From an uncultured Pirellulales bacterium (lineage in GTDB: Bacteria; Planctomycetota; Phycisphaerae; Sedimentisphaerales; Anaerobacaceae), in NCBI GenBank assembly GCA_964524285.1, contig CAZGGE010000004.1, positions 1 through 44,071 on the forward strand: a stretch of DNA of 44,071 nucleotides, written 5' to 3'. Each line of letters starts with the position of its first letter. Position 1 is the first letter of the stretch. The notes under the pieces are model-generated. The model searched no databases. It saw only the letters and a list, made by a program, of their open reading frames with translations, and was not told where the DNA came from. Positions 37,600 to 44,071 of the stretch are shown piece after piece. Position numbers and translations under genes: made by a program.

Positions 37600-40500
37600 A
37601 TGTTGAAATCACACAAAAACCCGGGATTATATGAACCTCGTCGCCAACATGATGGGTGCGGGATAGGTGCGGTTGTAAGAATCAGCGGTGAACGAGACCA
37701 TTCTATCCTTGAATACGCAAGGGAAATACTGTTGAACCTTCGTCATCGTGGTGCGGCCGGCGCCGACGAAATAACAGGAGACGGAGCGGGCATATTGTTC
37801 GAGATTCCTGATGAATTCTTTCGAGGTGAGTGTAGTCGGCTTGCATTTTCCCTGCCCCCAAGCCTAAGATATGCCGTGGGGATGGTATTTGCTTCAAAAA
37901 ATGAACAATTACGCAACAAATGCTACCGGATATTAGAGGAATCTATCCAGCATTACGGAATGAGTATACTTGGTTGGCGGCATGTACCCACCTCTAATGA
38001 ATGCCTGGGAAGGATTGCACTTCTGGCGGAACCGGAGATTAAACAAATTTTTGTGGATGGTGCAGACCTTGAAAATGAAAACTTCGAGACGGCTCTTTAT
38101 CTGGCTCGAAAACGGGCAGAAAAACTTGTCAGAAAAAAATTCGGACGCCAGGCAAAAGATTTCTATATATCATCGCTTTCATCAAGGACGCTCTGCTACA
38201 AGGGAATGTTCATGGCCTGGCAGTTGTTCGCATATTACCCCGACCTTCAGGATGAGCGGGTGAGTTCCGCGCTGGCGATAGTGCACCAGCGATACAGTAC
38301 CAACACCTCGCCCAACTGGCAGCTCGCTCAGCCAATGAGATGTATGGCCCACAACGGAGAGATAAACACACTCAGCGGAAACCGTAACTGGATGCAGGCA
38401 AGACAGGTAAAAATGTCGTGCGAAAAATTCGGCGAAAATATCAGAGACATCCTGCCCGTTCTAACGCCGAAAGGCAGCGACTCCGCATGCTTCGATAACG
38501 TTCTTGAGCTTCTTATTCGTGCCGGCCGGAGTCTGCCTCATTCGGTTATGATGATGATTCCGGAGGCATTCGGTCCATCTTATCATATCAGTACCGATAA
38601 AAGAGCATTTTACGAATATCACGCATCGATAATGGAACCCTGGGACGGACCGGCGGCGATGGTCTTTACCGACGGTCGCCTCGTTGGGGCAACACTTGAT
38701 AGAAATGGGCTTAGGCCTTGTCGCTACGTTGTAACAACCGACGGCCTGGCTGTCCTGGCAAGCGAAGCCGGCGTCGTTCAGTTTCCGCCACAAAAAATCT
38801 GTAGAAAAGGACGACTCAAACCGGGAAATATGTTTCTTGTTGATATGAAAGAGCAGAGAATAGTTTCAGATAACGAAATAAAAAGCAAAATAAGTCGTCA
38901 TAAACCGTATCGAAGATGGCTTGATGAACACAAAATTGAGCTTCGTGGATTATTTGACGCTCCCAGCCTGGCAACGGGAAAACCGAAAACACTAATACCC
39001 CGCCTCCGTTCCTTCGGCTATACACGTGAAGAGCTGAAGATGATTCTGTTGCCGATGGCTCTTAATGCACAGGAACCGGTGGGCTCTATGGGTAACGATA
39101 CCCCTCCTGCCGTCCTTTCCGAAAAACACGGATTGTTATTCGATTATTTCAAACAGCTTTTCGCACAAGTAACCAACCCCGCTATTGACCCCTTGCGTGA
39201 AGGCTCGGTTATGAGTTTGATGAGCCTTGTCGGACGCAAACCTAATATACTTGAAGAAACACCGCAGCATTGCCGTCAGCTAAAACTGCCCCATCCCATA
39301 CTGGCCAACGAAGACATCCGGCGACTTGGAACAGTGCAAAGAAAGGACCTTAAATCCCTTACCATCCCTATGATTTTCGATACCCAAACACATGATGTCG
39401 GCCAAAGTTTGAGGACAGCGTTAAGAAATATGGTTAATTCAGCACGAAAAGCTGTTGAAAATGGAGCTTCTATATTAATATTAAGTGACCGGGCCGTTTC
39501 ACAAACAAAAGCGGCAATTCCTTCGCTCCTGGCGGTGGGAGCTGTGCATCAGGGCCTCCTGAATTGCGGCCTTCGCAGCGAAGTCGGAATTATTGTAGAA
39601 AGCGGAGAAACGAGAGAAGTTATGCACTTCTGCCTTTTATGCGGCTTCGGTGCAAATGCAGTAAATCCTTATCTGGCTTTTGAGACACTTAATTATCTAC
39701 AACAGCAGGGCGATATACCCAACGATATGGAGCCTTCTCAGATAGCGGATAATTATATTGCCGCAGTAAAGAAAGGTATTTTGAAAACCATGAGTAAGAT
39801 GGGGATATCGACCTTGCGAAGTTACACGGGCGCGCAGTTGTTCGAAGCAATCGGCTTAAACAGGTCTTTTATAGACGAGTATTTTACTGGCACAACATCC
39901 CGAATAGGAGGCATAGGACTGGCGGAAATAGCAAAGGAAACAACCGAGCGACAAAAAAACGCCTTCGAACAACATTCTGCCGGCCAAATAAAACTCGATT
40001 TCGGCGGAGAATATCATTTCAGGCATAATGCACGCAGGCACCTCTGGAACCCGGTAACAGTGGCAAAACTGCAACACGCCGTCAAGTTCGAAGACGAGCA
40101 GGCTTATGAGGATTACGCAAATGCAGTAAATCATCAGGCAGGGAAACTGTACACTCTGCGGGGACTTTTCCAGTTCGCCAAAAGCGAACCAATACCCATC
40201 GACCAGGTCGAGACTGCCGATGAAATTGTCAAAAAATTTTGTACAGGTGCTATGAGTCACGGCTCAATTAGCAAAGAAACACACGAATGCCTGGCGATTG
40301 CCATGAATCGAATTGGTGCCATGAGCAATACCGGAGAAGGCGGCGAGGATGAACAACGTTATCAAACAGATACTAACGGCGACTCCAGGAACTGCGCAAT
40401 CAAACAAGTCGCCAGCGGACGCTTCGGAGTAACATTGAATTATCTGGCTCATGCCAAAGAGCTTCAAATCAAGATAGCACAGGGAGCTAAGCCCGGCGAG

Positions 40501-42162
40501 GGTGGCCAGTTGCCCGGACATAAAGTTACCGATGAAATCGCCAGGCTCAGGTATTCGACTCCGGGCGTAACACTCATATCGCCGCCCCCGCACCATGACA
40601 TTTATTCTATCGAGGACCTGGCTCAGCTTATCTATGACCTTAAGTGTGCAAATCCGTCGGCCAAAGTTTCGGTGAAACTCGTTGCCGAAGTGGGGGTCGG
40701 CACCGTTGCCGCCGGTGTCGCCAAGGGTAACGCCGACGAAGTTCTCATAAGCGGCCACGACGGCGGCACCGGTGCAAGCCCGCTTTCTTCAATAAAGCAC
40801 ACCGGATGTGCATGGGAACTCGGGCTTGCCGAAACTCAACAGGTACTTATCAACAACGATTTGAGAGGCCGGGTTAGACTACAGGTCGACGGTCAGATTA
40901 AAACCGGCAGAGATGTTGTCATTGCTGCCCTGCTTGGAGCGGAAAGATTTGGGTTTGGAACGGCCGCTCTGGTAACGCTCGGCTGTACACTTTTACGAAA
41001 ATGTCACGAAGGGGCATGCCCGTTCGGAATCGGCACGCAGGACCCGAAACTTCGCAGGCGTTTTGCGGGCAAGCCGGAATATGTTCAAAGATTCATGTAT
41101 TTCGTGGCTGATGAAGCCCGCCAAATCATGGCTCAGCTCGGTTTTGCGCGGTTCGACGACATGATAGGCAAAACAGAAGTGCTGCGAACACGTCCGGCTG
41201 TTGAACACTGGAAAGCAAAAGGCCTGGACCTTTCTCCGATTTTCTATCGGCCTGACATCTCGGATGGAAGACCAGTAAAATCGACGCACCCACAGCCGAA
41301 CAAGCTTGGCGACCATCTCGACTGGAGCATTTTCGATAAAGCAAGACCGGCAATAGGAAGAAGCGAACGCACCGTTATAGAAGCACCGATACGAAATGTG
41401 AACCGCACAGTGGGGACAATTCTTAGTAATCGCATAGTTAACACTCATGGGCCGAAGGGTCTGCCGGATAATACTCTGGAAATTAACTTTCACGGCTCAG
41501 CGGGCCAAAGCTTCGGAGCGTTTCTGGCACCCGGTGTTACGCTGCGGCTAACCGGTGAAAGTAACGACTATCTTGGAAAGGGTCTTTCAGGCGGTAGAAT
41601 AATTGTAATTAAGCCCGAACGCTCTCCTTTTATGAGCCATGAAAACGTTATTGCGGGTAACACTATCTTGTATGGAGCAACATCGGGCGAAGTTTTTATC
41701 AACGGTAAGGCCGGCGAAAGATGCTGCGTACGAAACAGTGGAGCGAAACTTGTCGTCGAGGGCGTCGGCGACCACTGTTGTGAATACATGACGGGAGGCC
41801 TGGTTGTGGTGCTGGGCAAGACAGGATGCAATTTTGCGGCGGGAATGAGCGGCGGGCTGGCATACGTTCTTGATGAAGCCCAGCTATTCGATACCATGTG
41901 CAATCTGGACATGGTAGAACTTGAAAGTGTCTGGAGGCCGGAAGACAGAAAATTGCTGCGGGACATGATTGAACAACACCTGAGCTGGACCGGCAGCAGG
42001 CGTGCGGAGTATATCCTCGGCGCCTGGCCTGATATGGTCGGAAGATTTGTAAAAGTCGTACCCATAGATTATCGCAAAGCCCTTGAGAAGATGCGTGCCG
42101 CCGAAACAAGGGAAACGGAAACAATGCCCGCCACCGAGGAGGTGTTCTCATGGGTGAAGTAA
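37600..42162 (+). CDS. gltB: glutamate synthase large subunit
   Basis: Ntn amidotransferase N-terminus (HDGCGIGAV), FMN/Fe-S central domain, GXGXG C-terminal beta-helix domain, 1520 aa. Confidence 0.95.
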   Translation: MLKSHKNPGLYEPRRQHDGCGIGAVVRISGERDHSILEYAREILLNLRHRGAAGADEITGDGAGILFEIPDEFFRGECSRLAFSLPPSLRYAVGMVFASKNEQLRNKCYRILEESIQHYGMSILGWRHVPTSNECLGRIALLAEPEIKQIFVDGADLENENFETALYLARKRAEKLVRKKFGRQAKDFYISSLSSRTLCYKGMFMAWQLFAYYPDLQDERVSSALAIVHQRYSTNTSPNWQLAQPMRCMAHNGEINTLSGNRNWMQARQVKMSCEKFGENIRDILPVLTPKGSDSACFDNVLELLIRAGRSLPHSVMMMIPEAFGPSYHISTDKRAFYEYHASIMEPWDGPAAMVFTDGRLVGATLDRNGLRPCRYVVTTDGLAVLASEAGVVQFPPQKICRKGRLKPGNMFLVDMKEQRIVSDNEIKSKISRHKPYRRWLDEHKIELRGLFDAPSLATGKPKTLIPRLRSFGYTREELKMILLPMALNAQEPVGSMGNDTPPAVLSEKHGLLFDYFKQLFAQVTNPAIDPLREGSVMSLMSLVGRKPNILEETPQHCRQLKLPHPILANEDIRRLGTVQRKDLKSLTIPMIFDTQTHDVGQSLRTALRNMVNSARKAVENGASILILSDRAVSQTKAAIPSLLAVGAVHQGLLNCGLRSEVGIIVESGETREVMHFCLLCGFGANAVNPYLAFETLNYLQQQGDIPNDMEPSQIADNYIAAVKKGILKTMSKMGISTLRSYTGAQLFEAIGLNRSFIDEYFTGTTSRIGGIGLAEIAKETTERQKNAFEQHSAGQIKLDFGGEYHFRHNARRHLWNPVTVAKLQHAVKFEDEQAYEDYANAVNHQAGKLYTLRGLFQFAKSEPIPIDQVETADEIVKKFCTGAMSHGSISKETHECLAIAMNRIGAMSNTGEGGEDEQRYQTDTNGDSRNCAIKQVASGRFGVTLNYLAHAKELQIKIAQGAKPGEGGQLPGHKVTDEIARLRYSTPGVTLISPPPHHDIYSIEDLAQLIYDLKCANPSAKVSVKLVAEVGVGTVAAGVAKGNADEVLISGHDGGTGASPLSSIKHTGCAWELGLAETQQVLINNDLRGRVRLQVDGQIKTGRDVVIAALLGAERFGFGTAALVTLGCTLLRKCHEGACPFGIGTQDPKLRRRFAGKPEYVQRFMYFVADEARQIMAQLGFARFDDMIGKTEVLRTRPAVEHWKAKGLDLSPIFYRPDISDGRPVKSTHPQPNKLGDHLDWSIFDKARPAIGRSERTVIEAPIRNVNRTVGTILSNRIVNTHGPKGLPDNTLEINFHGSAGQSFGAFLAPGVTLRLTGESNDYLGKGLSGGRIIVIKPERSPFMSHENVIAGNTILYGATSGEVFINGKAGERCCVRNSGAKLVVEGVGDHCCEYMTGGLVVVLGKTGCNFAAGMSGGLAYVLDEAQLFDTMCNLDMVELESVWRPEDRKLLRDMIEQHLSWTGSRRAEYILGAWPDMVGRFVKVVPIDYRKALEKMRAAETRETETMPATEEVFSWVK

Positions 42163-43574
42163 AAGGGTTTATAAAATACAGACGCAGGGAGGTCGAACAC
42201 GAACCTGTCGAGCAGAGGATAAATCACTTTAACGAGTTTGAAATACCGCTTTCGGATGAGCAGATTCACGAACAGGCTGCAAGGTGTATGGATTGCGGGA
42301 TACCCTTCTGTCACGGCGTGGGCTGTCCCGTCAGGAATTACATACCGGAGCTGAACGAGCTTGTTTACAGGGGCAAGTGGCGTCAGGCCAGCGAGATGTT
42401 GCATGAACGGAACAATTTTCCCGAAATAACGGGGCGAGTGTGTCCGGCTACCTGTGAGGCAGGCTGCACGCTTTCGATTAACGACTCTCCGGTTTTGATA
42501 AAGCATATCGAGTTTCAGATTGCCGAGCGAGCTTTCGGTCGTGGTTGGATAAAGCCGCAGCCGCCCGCCGTTAAGACGGGCAAGAAGGTGGCGGTGGTCG
42601 GGTCGGGACCTTCGGGCCTGGCGGCAGCTCAGCAGCTTGCCCGGGCGGGACACGATGTTATTGTTTTTGAAAAGGATGAAAAACCCGGGGGTATTCTGCG
42701 ATACGGTATTCCTGATTTCAAGCTCAGCAAGGGGGTTATAGACCGCCGGCTCGAGCAATTGCGAAACGAAGGGGTGGAATTTCAAACCGGGGTAAATGTG
42801 GGCGAAGATATTTCCGTTCGTTACCTGAAGAAGATGTTTGACGGTATCTGTCTTTCTATGGGAGCCGGCGTAGCCCGTGACCTGAACATACCGGGGCGTG
42901 GATATGAGAATATTTTTTCTGCAATGGATTTTTTGAAAGCACAGAACAAGCGTTTTGCCGGCGAGCCTCTGGAAGGATTGCCGGACGTTACAGCGAGGGG
43001 CAAAGTTGTAGTTGTGATAGGGGGCGGCGATACGGGAAGTGACTGTGTGGGAACGGCTCGCAGGCAGGGAGCAAAAGATGTTTATCAGTTGGAGATTTTG
43101 CCGGAGCCTCCTCTGATGAGAACGGCGGAAATGCCGTGGCCCACCTGGCCTCGCATAATGAGGACCTCCTGTTCGCAGGAGGAAGGCTGTCGACGGCAGT
43201 GGTCTGTCGGTACTAAGAGTTTTTCTGGTGCGGGCGTTCACGTTGAAAAGGTGAACTGCTGTAAGGTGGAATGGACAAAGCACAACGGCAAATGGGAGTT
43301 CACGGAGATAGCCGGCAGCGATTTCAGTATTAAAGCGGATTTGGTGCTGCTGGCTACGGGATTTCTGCATGTAGAGCACGAAGGGCTTGTGAGGCAGGCG
43401 GGTTTGCGACTTGAGGAATCCGGCAATATTTCGGTGCAAAATTTTTGCAGCAGCGAAAGGGGTGTATTCGCCGCGGGAGATAATGTAATTGGTGCGTCGC
43501 TGGTTGTTCGAGCTATTCACAGCGGGCGGCTTGCCGCTTGTGCTATGGACAGATGGTTGAAAAAGATGAAATAA
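42150..43574 (+). CDS. gltD: glutamate synthase small subunit (NAD(P)H-dependent)
   Basis: Fe-S Cys clusters (CMDCGIPFCH..GCP, CPATCEAGC) and dinucleotide folds (VAVVGSGPSGLAAAQQLARAGH, VVVIGGGDTGSDC). ATG lies 7 nt after GAGGAGG and overlaps the gltB stop by 13 nt. Confidence 0.95.
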   Translation: MGEVKGFIKYRRREVEHEPVEQRINHFNEFEIPLSDEQIHEQAARCMDCGIPFCHGVGCPVRNYIPELNELVYRGKWRQASEMLHERNNFPEITGRVCPATCEAGCTLSINDSPVLIKHIEFQIAERAFGRGWIKPQPPAVKTGKKVAVVGSGPSGLAAAQQLARAGHDVIVFEKDEKPGGILRYGIPDFKLSKGVIDRRLEQLRNEGVEFQTGVNVGEDISVRYLKKMFDGICLSMGAGVARDLNIPGRGYENIFSAMDFLKAQNKRFAGEPLEGLPDVTARGKVVVVIGGGDTGSDCVGTARRQGAKDVYQLEILPEPPLMRTAEMPWPTWPRIMRTSCSQEEGCRRQWSVGTKSFSGAGVHVEKVNCCKVEWTKHNGKWEFTEIAGSDFSIKADLVLLATGFLHVEHEGLVRQAGLRLEESGNISVQNFCSSERGVFAAGDNVIGASLVVRAIHSGRLAACAMDRWLKKMK

Positions 43575-43718
43575 CCGAGCCGGCGGTGTTGAAAGTTGGG
43601 AAACTTTTGTAAGAAATAAGCAAAAATAATCACGAATTTGACACTTTTGCGGGTGAATTGGAACAACCGATGGTAGAGCAGAAGAAGGACATGAGTTCGT
43701 ACTGCTTCGGGCTGGTGC

Positions 43719-43857
43719 AGCAAGTTGGATGCACTGCTTGATGGGCAGTACACCACGTGGGGTGCACTGCTTGTTGGGTTTGAATCGGGTTTGATTGGCG
43801 GTGTACCACGTGGGATACACCGCTTGATGGCTTTGATTGGGTTTGGATTGGCTTTGT
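43719..43857 (+). repeat. degenerate direct repeats (~53-nt unit x2 plus a partial upstream copy), each full unit starting with a CCACGTGG palindrome
   Basis: Unit 1 (43752-43804) and unit 2 (43805-43857) align at roughly 80% identity (accacgtggg.t.cac.gcttg.tgg.tttga..gggtttg.attggc). The partial copy tgcactgcttgatggg lies at 43730-43745. CCACGTGG occurs at 43753-43760 and 43806-43813. Confidence 0.55.
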
Positions 43858-44071
43858 TTTGTGTTGCGGTTCGAATACTGGTTTTCATAAATCTCTGCAA
43901 AGAAAGAGCTTGTGTTAACCGGTGCGTTTTGAAATTGGGTTTGTTTTGCAAAAAAAGGTCTTATTTTGCCCAGCTTAACTTTGTGGGGATTCAAGAAAAG
44001 GCCAAAAAGTGCAGGAAAACATATATGAAATTTGAGATTTGACAGCTCAGAATGTATTCGGCCATTGGCCG

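Noticed and set aside
992-41493. Many 60-210-aa ORFs on the strand opposite to long genes (for example 992-1483, 2885-3427, 9154-9786, 13744-14301, 14494-14958, 17977-18483, 34380-34934, 35014-35613, 40264-40758, 40993-41493)
   Set aside because: All lie fully inside confidently assigned genes on the other strand. They have no RBS or motifs and show skewed composition, so they are shadow ORFs.
43719-43857. Repeat region considered as a CRISPR array
   Set aside because: There are only 2-3 degenerate, directly abutting units without unique spacers, and no cas genes are present.
43868-43876. T-loop-like GGTTCGAAT string suggesting a tRNA or tmRNA fragment
   Set aside because: The flanking bases cannot form a T-stem or acceptor stem, and no D or anticodon arms can be drawn.
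42069-43994. A 641-aa minus-strand ORF, the longest unassigned ORF in the window
   Set aside because: It is exactly codon-aligned antisense to gltD and runs on into GT-rich non-coding DNA. Its translation is R/P/S/Q/H-rich and low-complexity, with no motif. Its openness is explained by the AC-rich minus strand and the lack of TTA/CTA/TCA codons in gltD. The underlying composition anomaly is kept as a finding, but the ORF is not called as a gene.
43517-44042. ORFs 43725-44042 (+) and 43517-43951 (-) in the gltD 3' flank
   Set aside because: They are produced by the extreme GT/AC strand bias and by the repeats. They have no RBS, and the peptides look repetitive and non-globular.
1-44071. Search for mobile elements, integrases, toxin-antitoxin or defence genes, and rRNA or tRNA genes
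   Set aside because: There is no transposase, integrase or recombinase-like ORF. I found no terminal inverted repeats, no tRNA-like structures, and no defence-type domains (nucleases, methylases, STAND ATPases). The window reads as core chromosome.

Overview
This is a 44-kb, tightly packed chromosomal window with about 28 protein-coding genes. I found no rRNA, tRNA, CRISPR array or recognisable mobile element. All family calls rest on motifs read by eye from the translations; no searches were run.

Layout:
- Left third (housekeeping): a 5'-truncated frr, a 1023-aa membrane-anchored AsmA/TamB-like protein, a YihY membrane protein fused to an Rrf2-like winged helix, and a minus-strand asd-truA-GT4 operon.
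- Middle: proA is followed on the same strand, with short gaps, by an unusual cluster. It contains a GCS2-type carboxylate-amine ligase, two diverged non-pyrrolysine MttB-superfamily methyltransferase paralogs flanking a DUF362/2x[4Fe-4S] protein, and a 429-aa SAM methyltransferase. A pseudo-receiver-like protein and a GGDEF diguanylate cyclase follow.
- Next: a phasin-like protein with an ABC1/UbiB kinase, a secreted beta-helix/dockerin-like/LamG protein, and a GH57 plus MalQ alpha-glucan pair.
- Right third (nitrogen module): a GAF-AAA+-HTH sigma54 activator is translationally coupled to an 869-aa PEP/pyruvate-binding protein. It faces a perfect TGGCAC-N5-TTGC promoter that apparently drives porin-amt-PII-glnA-(AsnA-like class II aaRS paralog)-gltB-gltD.
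- The window ends in a GT-rich region of degenerate repeats.

Gene content hints at a PVC/Planctomycetota-like anaerobe, with low confidence.

The best candidate for undescribed biology is the MttB/DUF362/GCS2/methyltransferase cluster, which has no corrinoid partner in the window. Second is the sigma54 activator plus PEP-binding protein pair.
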